Shown here: positions 1-13,818 of the stretch, piece after piece
How the letters are laid out: every line of letters starts with the position of its first letter
How positions within the stretch are numbered: position 1 is the first letter of the stretch
Source: Dicyema japonicum
Lineage: Eukaryota; Animalia; Dicyemida
Direction: 5' to 3'
Assembly (NCBI GenBank): GCA_011109175.1
Contig: RDEW01000083.1
Span: forward strand, 75,364-139,363
Length of the DNA: 64,000 nt
Translations under genes and position numbers: made by a program
The notes under the pieces: model-generated
Told to the model about the DNA's origin: nothing
Database searches by the model: none
Seen by the model: the letters and a program-made list of their open reading frames with translations, nothing else

Positions 1-296
1 CAATGTCTTTATCCTCATCACCATCTTCTCTATTTTGAAAGCAAATGGGTTAACAACACAGGTACCAGAATCTTTAATATTTCCAATGCTACTTTGAATG
101 ACGCCAAAAGTGACGGTTTGTCAATGCAGGTAAATCCAAGCTTCGGAAGCGTTCCTTGGATATCGTATCGGGACTTTTTAGCCTTCAAATATTTAAGATC
201 ATTTCCTGGACGTTTTTCCTCATGGATAAATTTAAAATGTCCGTTCAGCTTCGATGGTTTCAAATTTGAATTATAAAAAATTGCATCACAAAACAC
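1..296 (-). mobile_element. hAT (Buster/ZBED5-like) transposase N-terminal remnant
   Basis: Translation NSNLKPSKLNGHFKFIH...LKAKKSRYDIQGTLPKLGF...SLLASFKVALEI resembles the Buster-type BED/N-terminal region. It is degraded and runs off the window edge. Confidence 0.7.
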
Positions 297-367
297 GCAC
301 TGGGTCTATTAATTCCATCAATAATTATCTTCGTAAACCATATTCTGGCAACCTACCCTGTATTTAA

Positions 368-2600
368 ATGCCAAGAAAATCTTATGAGCAAACTCTCCTA
401 CAATCTAATTGGATGCAACGTTACTGCAAAACATCAAATCTCGAGTCTTTGTCACTTAGAATCTCACAATTTCGCAACATGGAACGTAAGAGCTTAAACG
501 AAGGGAAACTAGAAGTCGTAAAAAGAGAAATGAGAAGGCTTGATATTGACCTGCTTGGAGTAAGCGAACTTCACTGGATTGACAGTGGTTTTTTTCGTTC
601 TGATGATTTCGTCATATATTATTCTGGTAACATTAATGCGAAGAGAAACGGAGTGGCCTTCATTGCTTCAAAGAAAATTGCACGTGCTATTGAAAGTCAT
701 AGAATATTTAATGATCGGATAATACTAATCCACGTCCGTGGACGACCATTGAATATTACGGTCATGCAAGTGTATGCCCCAACATCTATTGCCAAGGATG
801 ACGAAATTGACCAATTTTATTATGAATTTCAAGAGGCACTAAAACTAATACCCAAAAAGGACATAATCTACATAATGGGGGATTTCAATTCAAAAGTTGG
901 GTGTATGCCACATACGGATATTGTGGGAAGTTTTGGTTTGGGGAAAAGAAATGATGCTGGGGATCGACTGGTCCAATTCTGTCAGGAAAATGGATTTCAG
1001 ATAACTAACACATGGTTCAAACAGCACAAACGACGATTATACACTTGGACGTCGCCAAATGGAATGTCTAGGAACCAGATTGATTATATTTTGTGCGCCA
1101 AACGTTGGAAAAGCTCTATAACAGCCGTCAAAACATATCCAGGGGCAGACTGTGGAACAAACCATCAGCTACTTGTTGCAAAAATTAGGACGAAATTCAG
1201 TAACACTTGGAATACCCCCCGAGTAAAGAAATTCGATGTCTTAAGCATACCACCAGAATACGCAATGGAAGTTAAGCACAATATTGGATTACTGGATTTG
1301 AACGGAAGGATGCAGGAACGCTGCAATAGAACATGTCAAATACAAAACGCCGGCCAAGTGCTCTGAGTGGCTCTCTGCCAACACCCTAAACATTGCTGAG
1401 CCTCGTAAAGCTGCTAAAGTCTCTGGGAATATAGACGAGATAAGAATATTTAACTTTGAATTCAAAATGGCAGCCAAGAAGGATAAAGAAGACTACTGGA
1501 GGTTACACTGCAAAAAAATGGAAGATGACTATAAGAGAGGTCACACTAGGAATGCGTATTTACAACTAAAAAATTACGAACCCCCTTTACGAAAATAATG
1601 GGCAAAATCAAGGACAAATGGTGTTGAATTGCTAGGCTAACAGAACATCCGAAATCGTTGGAGAGAATATACGAAATCGTTGGCTATATTCAGAAACTGT
1701 GTGCCCACCCATATGTGTTGATGAAGCAACGTTGGGTGAGGGGCATAAAATCTTTGAAGAGGAATGCGTGTGGGCTACACGGCAATTAACGGAGAACAAG
1801 GCACCAGGGATTAACAACATCTCAAGCGAATTGTTGAAGGCTATACCGGTGGCAGCTATCACCAGTCTATGTCAAAAAATTTGGGAAACTGGTATTTGCC
1901 CACGTGTGTGGAAAAGATCTATATTTATTCCAATACCGAAAAAAGGGGATAGCAAGGACTGTTCAAACTATCGTACAATAGCCTTAATTCCCCACGTCAG
2001 CAAAATACTTCTAAAGATAATACAACATCGTCTAATGCTAAATGCAGAAATAATTCTACCGGATGTCCAAGCAGGATTCAGGAAGGGACGAGGCACAAGT
2101 GACCATATAGCAAATGTAAGGTGGATTATGGAGAAAGCTCATGAATCCCAAAAAAATGTATACACGTGCTTCATTGACTATCGGAAAGCTTTTGATTCCG
2201 TTATACATGACAATCTGTGGTCCGCTTTAAAAGAATTTGGATTCGATGCCAATCTGGTATTATCAAATCTCTTTATAATGATCAAGAAGCTACTGTTAGA
2301 ACAGTGTATGGAGATACCGATTGGTTCAAAATTAATAAAGGAGTAAGACAAGGATGCTTATTATCTCCCATCCTATTCAATATTTATGTCGAAATGATCA
2401 TGATAAAATTGGAGGCAGGAACATCAATAATTTGCGCTATGCTGACGATACAACCTTACTGGCTGAAACAGAGGATGGCCTCAGGGAGTTGATTCTAAGA
2501 TTCAGAGAAGAGAGCGCCGTTTTTGGTTTATTGCTAAATATCAAGAAGACCAAAATTATGACGACTGCTAATAATGGAACTAAAAATTGGGAATGAGAAA
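368..2600 (+). mobile_element. RTE-clade (BovB-like) LINE with APE endonuclease and reverse transcriptase, frameshifted
   Basis: APE motifs (LGVSELHW, QVYAPT, MGDFNSKVG, NQIDYIL, DCGTNH) in 368-1366. RT motifs (NYRTIALIPH, QAGFRKGRGT, FIDYRKAFD, GVRQGCLLSP, LRYADD) are spread over three frames in 1699-2596. Confidence 0.9.
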
Positions 2601-2639
2601 ATAGAGAGTTTCGATAATGATGTCTTTCTGGGATGTCTA

Positions 2640-3400
2640 ATTAATCGGAATGGAAGCTCCATGTGGTCCATCCGATCAACACATCTACTTAACTTCCTTC
2701 TTAGTCGATTTCTTTCTTTAATCAGTCGAAAGGTAATAGGCAAAATTTCAATACTTTTCTTACGGTTTCCATTGGACAATATCTTCTTAGCTTCTTTGAT
2801 AGCAAAGTCTGTCCTCCTCTTAACATTCGAGATACATTTGTAGTGATAGTTCATCTCTTTGAGGTAGTTCAAAAGGTCGCTGTCCTCAACCCAATCGGGT
2901 AAGTTCTTCAATAAAATTTTGATGGCCTCGCGGTTATCTTTCTAAATCGGTAATTGTCCGGTACGAAGGGCAAGCATGGTGCACGGCCTCTATAAAGGCC
3001 ATCTTGTTAGAGTTGCTGTATTATCCAAGACGGAAGGTAACTAATCCTTTGGCTCATCCACATAGATCCTAATTCGTCGTGAGGGTACAGTAAATTAGCG
3101 CTCATAGTTGAATAGACTGAGATCTGCACAGTCAGGTTGTCTGAGTACTTCATTGAGGTTGTTGGTCGATTTCGCATCGCTTTCACTAACAGGTTCAGCT
3201 TTCTTGATAATGGGTTCTAGATTGGTCACCGTTATGGGCATTCCATTAGCGGATATAGATTCTTTAGCTCTGCACGGCGTCTTATCTTCCTCCCTGATTA
3301 TTTAACAATTGCATTCCTGAGGGCGAGAAGAGTTGCTCTGCTTTGTTGCTGTTCTCTCAATTTTTTGTTTCAAATAATCACATGACGATTCTATCTAGTA
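2640..3400 (-). mobile_element. Degraded LINE ORF1-like remnant
   Basis: ILLKNLPDWVEDSDLLNYLKE closely parallels IVLKNLPFWVDDNDLHEFVKE of the zinc-knuckle ORF1 at 34.9 kb. Multiple stops. Confidence 0.4.
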
Positions 3401-4959
3401 GGTAGACAATATTTTCTTGTCTTTGGAGTCGTAGTGATTATATTCAAAATTATTTTGACCATTTGTGTTACCATCAGAATCTTCTCTATTCGTCAATATT
3501 CTTTTACAAGCAAACAAGAATTTACCCATGCTGTTGAACTAATTTAAATTGAATTGATTTTTTAAATATAATTTTTTAATTAATAACTATTATTATTTGT
3601 ATATAATTAAGATTTTTATATACATCTAATTTTACAAACAAATATTTCCGATAAGCTTTTCGCGCCTCCATTCACACGATTCTGCGCCTCCTAATTTAGA
3701 AACCTCTACTTTATAAAATTCTAAAAATGTACAGAACAGTAATAAATCCTTAGATCAGATAGGTATCTGTGAGGGAATCGGATTCTTCTTTTATGATTTA
3801 GGAATATTTGATTAGTCACGTGCCAGCTAATTCTTGTGTGATTTTAACTAATCTCTTGTGACTTTCAGTATTCTGAGCACTATTCCCTAAGCAATCATAG
3901 TATCTCCTAAGAAATTATAGTATGAGACCTTGACATCAGTGCGTTCTTTTAGAAGAAAAAACCAAATTTTTAATTTTGTCTAAAAGTGATTGGTCCACAT
4001 CGTTACTACGGAGAAAACTAAACGTCCACCCAATAATGGAATACTTTACGCCATCGGGACTTCTTCAAGATGGCAAATTCCCCTTACCTTCCCATCGGGT
4101 CGGACATTAAACTATATCTAGACGCCTGCCCGAGACACGAGAAGAAACCTTACCCGTTTTGAGGTTAACCCAGGATTCCAAAACTAACCGCAGGAAAAGG
4201 ACCGGTATGGACATCGGGATCACTTAATTTGAAAATAACTCTTGTTCTTTTTCTCGTGATTCCAGGGTTAATAAAATTAAATTAAATATTTGAGACATTG
4301 AAAAAGCAATAACTGCCATTCATCAATTGCCTGGCTGAAGCCTATTCCTGTGCCAAGATTGTCAACCTGCTGGATGATGAGGCAGTGATAATATCCTCCT
4401 TGCTTAAACTGTGTGCGGAGCGAAAACGAATACTGCTACTATCCACTGTCGTGAAAAGTGAGCGCGAGAATATTGCTACTATCCACTGTCGTGAAAAATC
4501 GTTTTTCGAGGCATGCAGGGGCGAGCCAAAGCTTTCGTCTACCCAGGGCGACTGTTTGATAATGATGCCCCTTATAACTGACTTAAAAAATCGTGACTAA
4601 ATAAATTATAAATGTTGGCATACATGAGAATGAAGAAATAAAATTTCAAGCACTTATTTCCAGTCACTTACTTCCATGTCCTATCGCTCCTTTGCAAAAT
4701 AATTATTGACTGTGTTAAACACACCGGTAACCAAGGCACAATACGCCTCATACGCAAGCGTGACACCGTCGTCATAATAAGAAACGTCCCTTACAGCGCT
4801 CGTTCGAATAAAACAGTGATCGCTAGCAGTCAATCTTGTCTATGATAAAAAAACATCGAGAAAAAAGTGACTAGAGCTTAATAAAGTAAATTCTATGGCT
4901 TGGATCTGCTGCACAGAGCGGCTTCCCCTATAGCTCTTTCTAGGCATGTCCCTGTATGC

Positions 4960-5370
4960 CAGTCTTAAAGTGATGTTGAAAAACGCTATTTGGAGTCGAC
5001 TGGTCTCACAAAAAACGATGGTAAGCGCACTACGAGATTACAACATTTTTTTCAAATGGTCTGAGCTTGGTTTGGATCGCTACGTGTTTTGATACAATAG
5101 GGAGATATAAAGAGTATGCCTATTTAACACTAAAAGGGATTTGGACTCCATTTATCGCCATTTTTAATCATCGGTTTGCTTGGAGACTTTTTAAGGAGTG
5201 TGGGAAAGACTAGCCACTGTGATTTTATCAGAGCTATTAGGCGTATTAGGAAATGGAGAGATTGCAGATGTGGACCCATCAACGAGGCACCTAATAATAG
5301 ACCATCATTATTTAAGAGAATGTTTTCTCTCACGTGCAGTACTGTTAAGAATTCCCATTCATGTTTGCCC
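4960..5370 (+). mobile_element. Highly decayed CRE-like restriction-like endonuclease (RLE) fragment
   Basis: ESTGLTKNDGKR and LVWIATCFDT are recognisable relative to GLDRGDGKRPDG and LVWDATCIET in the better copy at 30.5 kb. Confidence 0.4.
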
Positions 5371-7899
5371 AATTTCTCAACCCAATAGTTGCTTACTTTG
5401 ATATATTATATCTAATCTGATGGTAGACTGAGGATCTCTAGTACGTCCTCTCTATACATTGTATGATAATATCCTGAACAAGGATCATGATTTCCTCTAG
5501 GTTTTTCATCTGAAGTCAGTACCACAGGAGAATCTCACGTGTAATATCAGTTATCTTGCCCCTGGATGATTTCTCTTACGATTTTTGACGACTAAATAAC
5601 CTTGCCTATGCTTTCCTGATTTATATTCATTACGTCCTTAATCTCGACCTGAGAAAAATATATGCCTTATACCAACACTCATTAAGTCAACCTCTTTCAT
5701 CGCCAGGTCATATCTGACAACCTTCGTGATCACCCATTTTCTCCAGTTCTTGATATTTTCTGAGAACTTGTAAATGTGGCTACAGTATTAGTGACTACAA
5801 TTCACGTTTGAGTGACTTTTCTATGAAATCAATCCACTTTTGGATGCATGACTCAAAGTTGACTGTTCACCGGATTCACTGTCGGTCACTGGAATAGTCA
5901 TGCACTTTTTGGGGAGCCATCGCAGGCTTTTGAGTTTCCAAATGCTCCACCTTCTGTCATTTACGCTCACTCTATTGGGAGAGAGGTAATACTACGCGCA
6001 TGTGTCTGTTCATAATAGTCCTTAGTAAACTCCCTCAGCTTTCTTATTTATTTCCGGTTGTTTTCTTTATCATCGTTCTATTCTTAATTCATGTCTTACG
6101 TCTGTTTTCACATTAGACTCCTCGAATATCCCACGTGCGTGGATAGATGAGCGATTGATTGTTAAGGGACATTCGCATAATCAGGAATTACACGCTTTTT
6201 CGTTTAGAAACGCCTCAAAGGATTCATTAAAGGAAGAAATGAGCCTGAGAACAGCATCGTTTTAACAAATCTTAAAGAAATTGACTGTCTACGCATAAAC
6301 CTAACTGAGTCCTGATTTTGACTGTTTTTTGCAGGATATTGAGAGGGAATCGCTTTCTATGTTGAAATGTCTAACATGGCATAGAGGAATGTCCATCTTT
6401 AAGTTACAGCAGATTAATCTGAGTTCCCGAGTACCAGTCTACCCAACCTTCCTCATAATTACTAATTTTCGCGCTTTTAATGAGTCCATCTGCATAGCTG
6501 TCAACCGAACAACCTCACAAACTAGTTCCCCAATCTCAGGTAAGTCGGACAGGGCTATTAAGGTTACAAATATATGAGGTTACTCGAAAATTTAAATATT
6601 CAATATAAAATAATAATTGTCTCCTCCAATCAATCTCCGTTGAAACATCAGACGTGCTTGATCAACAGAGTTTATCGAACTGAACGCCTAATTTTTAAAG
6701 ATCGAGCGTTCATCGCAATAATAGTAAGATCAGACTTTATGCTTGTAGAATCCCTGACTTTACTGATGAAGGCTTTTAAAAGGTTGTGGGAAACAAAGTC
6801 AAAATGATAAAGGTTTTTCAAAATGTTGTCTTAATTAAATAGTCGTTTCCAGTTGGCATTTTAATAGTTGAAGTGCCAAGGGCAATATTGAGTTGTGGTC
6901 GCATCTTGAATCATAGGTGACTGAGCAAGAAGAGAAGGAACAAAAAGTAATTAACATTCATATCACAACAGATGAGAACGTTGTAGACAGCAGGTAAATC
7001 GGACCTAGCATAGTCTGGTGGGGAAACGATAAAAATTGAATGAGGAAATATTTTATTTTGTAGTTCTAAATCAAGTCGCAATTATTTCAATAGCATCGTC
7101 ATCTTCCAAAAGGATTTTCACTTCCGAAGAGCTGTTCAGGAATTTAAGGTCCTTCTGACAAATAGTTAAGAGACCACCAGACCGTTTCTTCGATCGTTGC
7201 AATCATGAAAGCCAACGCTTCATCAATTATAATAAGATTTAAAGATTAAAGTCAAATTATGACTTATCAAGATTAATTTAATATTTGTTTATTAAAAAAA
7301 ATGTTTTAAAATATGGCGAACCTTTTAATGCATTATTAATTTATCATTATTTTACCACGTTGTTGTTTTATTGTGTATTGTTTTTTGCTGTATTGTATTT
7401 ACTTTAATCTTCTATGAATATATTATTGGATTAATCATATAGTGTTGAAGGCTGTTATCAAAATGTCTAATATCTATTTATTTTGGTGACTATAAATATG
7501 GATTGTTCTTCACTATTTGATTTGTCTCATTACTTTATAATAAAATAAAGCCTTCATACGAGAGTAATTGTAATGAACAAATGATTTATTATTATTTTCG
7601 AAACCCAACACTTTGGACAGTCTTATAGCTCTCGAAGTAGTTGTTGTTTTACATTTTCCTATATTCTTTATTCTATTCGATTTTGTACGGATTCATCATA
7701 TTGTGTTGAAGTAAATTATCGAAAAGTCTATTATATTTTTTAACATATTAAAGGCTCTTTCTACAGATCAAGATGATGTTTGACATTGTGGCAAAATACA
7801 ATAATCCTGATTGCAAATTTTTGGTTGGTGAATTCAATTATTATTTAGAGCACTTTCACAGAACCAAAGAACGTTATATTAACTAAAGTCCCGTTTGTG

Positions 7900-8540
7900 C
7901 CACGCGTTTCGAAATTTGCTTCTATAGGCGTCTCCATCGCCCTCTGCTTTGCACATCTGTCTATCTCTTCTCCAGATTTAAGTTTTCTTCCATATTCATT
8001 AATTCCTTGTTCAGAGCCACGGGTAGAGTGACTCTGGGACTTCCTCTGAACGATGGTTTGTTCTCATTGTTAAAGTAATTGTCCATTATTATATTTGCAG
8101 GGGCGTTTATGTCCGTTCTAAGCACGTGCCCAAACAGTCTCCATCATGATTCAACAATGTCAACAGTGAGCTCAATGTTTTTTTTAAACCACTTATTGTG
8201 ATCCCATTTTCTATGCAATTCTTAATATCCTCCTTTTCATTTTATTCCGATTAATTCTGTGGGTTCCGGTGTTTGAAAAGGATCCATAATTTTTTAACGA
8301 AAAACATTTTATTAACAAAAAGAGATTTAAATAATTGCGTATTTGTTCCACGTAAAACGGCAATCCCGATTCGTTGGAATGGGTGACAACTTTTCCGGTG
8401 AGCCACACGACACCACGTTAACACTCATATAATTTAATATTAACCGCACTTTAAGATTTTTGAAGTGGATATTTTCACGGAACCAAAAATTATTTATCAC
8501 GTTGGATATTGTTCTGAGCACATCATGATAAGATAACAAT
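7900..8540 (-). mobile_element. RTE LINE 3' fragment
   Basis: WRLFGHVLRTDINAPANIIMDNYF...FRGSPRVTLPVALNKEL is homologous to the C-terminus of the RTE at 25.8-28.5 kb. Confidence 0.75.
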
Positions 8541-9149
8541 ACATCATATGTTTAAGAAAGATTTTTTTTCCCATATGTGAGCAATAAATGTCCTTTCTCA
8601 AAACACAGTAATGATAATGATTCAAAGTTATACTCTCAGTAACGAAAGTTCCTAACTAACCCTCTTTAAATGGGAATAAATTCTTTTGTTTGGACTTTGT
8701 TCTAGAATTCTCACAGATAATAGTTGAGAAAAAAGACTCGATATCTCTATATGGGTTGTTCATCATGTTTAGGCTTTTGAGCCTTTTCTGTGATTCTTCT
8801 TTTATTTTTTCTATCAGTTCATCAATTATTTTGGACCATGCTTAGTGTACATTGCCTTGAGAATTTCTTCAATTCTCGCTCTTATATTTCAGTGATCAAT
8901 GGTGAATCGGAGTAATGCTTCTGTAACTTTCATAGTCAAAATTTTTGAGTATCGTCCATTTACCTATACAACGAACTATAGCAAATTTTACTGAAAAGAA
9001 AATCAAAGAGGGTATTAGTTACAACATTATCAAATGTTTGACTAATTGAGTGGAATTCGGGAATGTTATAATATTTCTTTTTTCCAATTTATATTTATTT
9101 AACTTAATTTTTTCGATAAATATTTGAATAATTCTTTTACAATCTATTA

Positions 9150-9600
9150 ACGTCACATACTTTCCCTTAAGTTCTAATGAAACTTCATTAAATTTTCAAA
9201 AATCCAAGTCAAATAAACAATTTCTTTCTTTTTCGATACAATTAAATCTGCTAAATTTTTATCACGTTCAGAAGTAAGAAAATTTACGATTCTGTCAAAT
9301 AATATTGAAAATCTTTCTTATACATTTCCGCTTGATAATAACCTCAGTGTGAAGCACAAGATGGACATATGTTCTTTAACCTCATAGCAAAATTTTCTAA
9401 AAAGACGATCATACTTGCTGTTTGCTTTAATTTTGTTTATGGTTTTAATAACTATATTTAACGTTTCATTTAGAATTGGCGAAAGAGGGAAAAATAGTAT
9501 TTCTAAGCCTTTCACATAAAATATTGAATCATTGGTAAATGGCACGGATTTTAAAATTTTGTCGGGATTTAAACCCATCAGATCAATTACATATTTTTAA
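9150..9600 (-). mobile_element. hAT (Buster/SCAND3-like) transposase remnant
   Basis: LNETLNIVIKTINKIKANSKYDRLFRKFC...LCFTLRLLSSGNV matches the family pattern VVKIVNFIK...RLF..LC...LLHTEVRWLSRGKVL. Confidence 0.65.
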
Positions 9601-9619
9601 TCTTTGCACGAAAACCTCC

Positions 9620-10470
9620 AATATTATTTTTTTATTCCATTACAGTTATAATTTATTCTCTCAATGATTTTATGGATATCTTTTAAAATATAATGATGTT
9701 TCATCGCAATTGAAAATGTTACTTTCTCCTAAGCATTTTACAAAATCATCATATTCAGCAAAAAACGGTAATTGTGAAGTTTCAGATGAATTATTCTCTC
9801 CATTTATAGATTTAAATAGCAATTCGTGTCTTTTTTGAATCTATCTAACCATCCATTTGATATTTTAAACGTTTGATAATCGATTCTCCGAGGAATTAAT
9901 AAAGCTATATTCTTCAATAATGTTCCATAAATGGGAATATAGTGCTCCCTGCATTTCACAAACGTTTCGTACACTAATTTATCTAGTTTCTGTGACTTCT
10001 CTACTGAAATATTTTTTATCTCAGGATTTCGATCATTAATATTGTTTTCACTTGAATGAAGAGTTTTATTGTTGGGAAACATGAGTAGTTAATAATTACT
10101 GAGTCCAGCGGATATGATCGAGTGGCTGTTACCTCTGACTACTGCCAGGGATATCCTTTGGAAAAGCCACTCGGTTTCCCGACGCTCCCTCGAGGCTTTG
10201 GTCAATAGACACCCAAGTGCTTTAAGGAAGAGGACCGTCTTGGGGCCAAAGACTCCGCTCGTCTCGACGACCACTGGCTGTACATGGAAACGGTTTAGGT
10301 TGAATGAACAAATCCATTTTGAAAAAAAATTAAATATTATTCTTAATCCTAGATACAGTACCTAAAATTGCATAAATTGAAATCAAACCTTTACTTGTAT
10401 TTGCCTCTCAGATGATTTTTTCGAAGCCAAATCCATTGCATTCTTCAATTTATTATTATTTTTGACATGA
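9620..10470 (-). mobile_element. pogo/Tigger-like transposase remnant, interrupted by a CRE fragment
   Basis: N-terminal HTH (SERQI...LGTVSRIKNNI) at 10300-10470, CENP-B HTH (LDKLVYETF...FKISNGWLDRFKK) at 9804-10082, and first catalytic motif IFNCDETSLYF near 9700. Confidence 0.75.
10089..10290 (-). mobile_element. CRE-like non-LTR retrotransposon 3' (RLE) fragment
   Basis: PVVVETSGVFG...FLKALG...WLFQRISLAVVRGNSHSI is the C-terminal RLE motif seen in the other copies. Confidence 0.7.
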
Positions 10471-10499
10471 AATCACAGTAAATAACAAAATTTAACGTT

Positions 10500-11380
10500 G
10501 AAATTTATTTTTTTTAATTTTTTATTAACAAAAAAGTATTTTTCTTAAGTAGGGGTTTTTAAAAATTTACAAAATTTGGAAATTAATACTTAAAAATAGG
10601 CATGATTCACAAAGTGCTCCAAAAAGCGAGTTGCCCCAAAATCCGAGAGTAGTTTTGAGGCGGTGGTCGGACTGTAATAAATTTTTCCATTCCATAGAAA
10701 TGATCCACCTGTTAAATCTTCCGCCTGTAACCGTTTTGTATTTTGGAAAAAAGGATATAAAACATATTTCATTTCTTCCAGTTCTTCCCATTGCTTTTCA
10801 GTTAGTGTAATGTTTTAAAGACTTTAATTCAATTAATCGACAAATCATAAGGTATGTGCTTCCCCAGTGTGTTGCCTGATCAAGTATAGCACCTTTCCCC
10901 GCTCTTTGTAGAATATTATCAATGTACGTGCTACAGATATTAGTCTGTATATATTGATTATTCCTGCAATATAAGGATATTTTAAGCCATCTCTTATAGC
11001 CAATTGTAGTGTGTACTGTACATCGCATGTGCTGGATTTGGCATAACATTGATGCATCTTCAGTGATGTTATCTAATATATCATCAGAATCATGATTTTC
11101 TTCAACTTCTCTCTGAGTTGAATCATTTATTTTTATCATGTTCGCAGCATTGTCGGTTTCTATGCACAAAATCTGTTCCTTCTTAATTTTATAATCTTCA
11201 AGAACCTCTACAACCAATTTTTCAGATGATTACTGTCATGGTGAGCTGCAATGTCTTTTAATGCTAATGTCCTTGTAACAACTTGGCCATTCGAAGAATA
11301 GAATCGCACATTAATTGCAAAATAATTTTCACGGTGTCGTGTAGTACAATCCATTTTAATATTTAATAACTTTGGAATAC
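10500..11380 (-). mobile_element. hAT (Ac/ZBED4-type) transposase remnant
   Basis: MDCTTRH..NYFAINVRF, ETDNAANMIK, HMRCTVHTLQLAIRDGL and ATHWGSTYLMI across frameshifts. Confidence 0.75.
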
Positions 11381-11386
11381 AACTAA

Positions 11387-12200
11387 ATGAAATGTTTTCA
11401 ACTAACTCATCTCTACCTAGTTTTTGATACGGTTAACAAGAACAAGTTTATATGGGAACTGAGCGGATTTCTTGATGTGGAGAGTCTAAGGATGACCCGA
11501 ATTCTATTTTCCAACACTGAGCTCCTTGTGAGAGTCGGAAAGACCTATTCAAGAAAATTTGAAACAAACACAAGCATTCCACAAGGAAACTTCCTATCTC
11601 TTCTCCAATTCACAATTTGTTTGGAAACCGTTATGAAGGAACTCAGACCGTTATTCCAAGGAAAGATGGAAGAAATGATCTACGCGGACGATTTAGACCT
11701 AATTTCTGAAGACAAAAAGGTCCTGGAAAACCTATTAGAAAAAGCACCTGATGTACTAGGGAAATGGTTACTTACTGTGAACAGAGAAAAACAGAATTCA
11801 CAGAGATAAGAAGGATGAGTAACGCCCTAGAAGAGTGGCGACAAGTAAAGAAACTCGGTTCACTTATGGGAGATAGCGAAGATATCTTACGTAGGAAAAC
11901 TAGCCAATGCTGCGTTATATAAACTGAAGAATCAATGGCTCAATCAAAGAGGTATCAACACGAAAATGAGAATCCTATAATACGACTCATTCATAAAACC
12001 CGTACTTTTATATGGGCGACCTCATCAGCGGATATGGAAAAACTAGACTCGTTTCACAGAAGTCAGCTGAGAAAAATAACAGGAACTACTTGGCCTACGA
12101 GAATTTCGAGAAATGCTTTATATAAAAGATGCAGCACTAGACCTATCAGTTTAGAAGTACTGGAATCCCGATGGAAGCTCTTCGGACACGTGCTGAGGTT
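11387..12200 (+). mobile_element. RTE LINE RT/C-terminal fragment
   Basis: SIPQGNFLS, MIYADDL, KVKKLGSL and RWKLFGHVLR. It is truncated at the 3' end by the G/T-rich repeat. Confidence 0.85.
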
Positions 12201-12800
12201 TAGTTGTTATTTAGGAATGAGATTAGGTATTGATTATGATTGATGTTATGCATTGATTATGTTTGATGTTAGATAGTGATTAGGAATGAGATTAGGTATT
12301 GATTATAGTTGTTGAAAATTGCCTTATGGATGAGATCACAATTAGGTATTTTTTATGAAAGGGAATTGAATTTGTCAAAGTTATGGTTGTAGTTAGAATT
12401 AGACATAGATGGTTAATGATAGGTTTATGATTTTTTAGGTTTAAGAATAAAAATTACGGTTTAAAGTTAAGGTTATATTTAGGTTAGGGTTAGGAATTAG
12501 GGTTGTGGATTATGGCTAGGGATTGGGTTAAGGAATTTTGGTTAGGAATTAGAATTAGTGATTATGGTTAGGGTTCTGGATTAGCATTAGGAATTAGGAT
12601 TAGGGGTTAGGGTCTGGGATTAAGGTTAGGGTTTTACTTTTATGTGCTAGTAGGAGTTTTAACGGTAAGGAAACTTATTTTTGTTATTGATGGAATGGGT
12701 TAAAAAAGAATAATTTTTTATATTAAAAGTTAATTTTCGCTTAGTTTTTATTTGAATGTTTAAAAATTTTCTGACATTAATTGCATTGAATTGTTTCAGG
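12200..12800 (+). repeat. Dispersed G/T-rich element with a degenerate TTAGGG-like core (copy 1)
   Basis: 12480-12635 is a mosaic of ttaggg/ttagga/ttagaa units. The flanks align to 29160-29373 joined to 33108-33355. Confidence 0.75.
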
Positions 12801-13818
12801 TTTTGTTCATTCATGTTCACTCCTTACACAAATTTGCCACTTTAGTCCCATGAGAGGTCGATGATGCTTTCTATGGAGTCGAGCTTTCCTCCATCGGTTT
12901 TCTTCCTGGTTCTCTACCCTTACCTTCAATGACATGGGCCTCAATGGCTGGTCGAAGAGGCACTAACTGTTTCTGAACCTTGAAAAGTATCGATGTTCAG
13001 TCTGCAGTCTCCAAGAGACAAGGTCAGAGAACTTGACAAACGCTTAGTGTCACTCGATCACTCATTGGACCCCGAGGGAAATCTAGACCAATGACACCTC
13101 TAGAGAAAGGTGAGGGGCGACCTACTATTGCACGAAAAGCCTATTCAGCTTTATGTTGGATGAAAAACCATGACTTTTTTTTCTTCAAGAGCATGGGAGT
13201 TGAAGGACTAGGAGACATCGGAAACTGAAAGTTAAGAACATTGGAAGTGTCAGATGGACGTAAGATCAGGCTTCGAACCTCGTTAGCAGAGATAGAATTA
13301 ATATCTGTCAGAAGCACCAAGTATTTGATGATGTAAATATAATTATGTGAATGTAGCCGATAATAATCTGAGTATTATTCTTGAGGACACGAAAACCGCT
13401 AGTTCATATATAACGAGTTACATTCACTCCATATTCGAAGATGATGAATTATTGGGATCTAAGGTTTAGTAAGGAATCCAATATGGCCTAAATTTGGGTT
13501 AACTTAAACACAACTTGACGGGGAACAGCCGAGCATTTATTCTCCTTTCTAAAGATAATCTTCGTTCTTCAAAACACAGAGGCTTTAGTCGACACTTAAT
13601 CTCCAACGCTTTATTTTAAAATTGAGTTTCATACATTCCAAAGTCCGTCTACAATCCCACAACAAAAAAGCAAAAGGCCCATCAGCATCTCAACCAATTA
13701 ACTGTAGAACAGCCACAATATTCCCTTTAATTCAGAAACCACACAAATCACATTAACTAATAACGAAAGTAATAATTGCTTAAAGCATGAAAAATGCTCA
13801 AAAGTGTAAAAAGCATAA

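Noticed and set aside
5500-6350. Possible Gypsy integrase remnant on the minus strand
   Set aside because: Only vague motif echoes amid many stops.
12480-12635. True telomere or chromosome end
   Set aside because: Too degenerate, internal, and part of a dispersed repeat with conserved flanks.
13050-13500. Possible CR1-like RT remnant
   Set aside because: Motif similarity is too weak to support a call.
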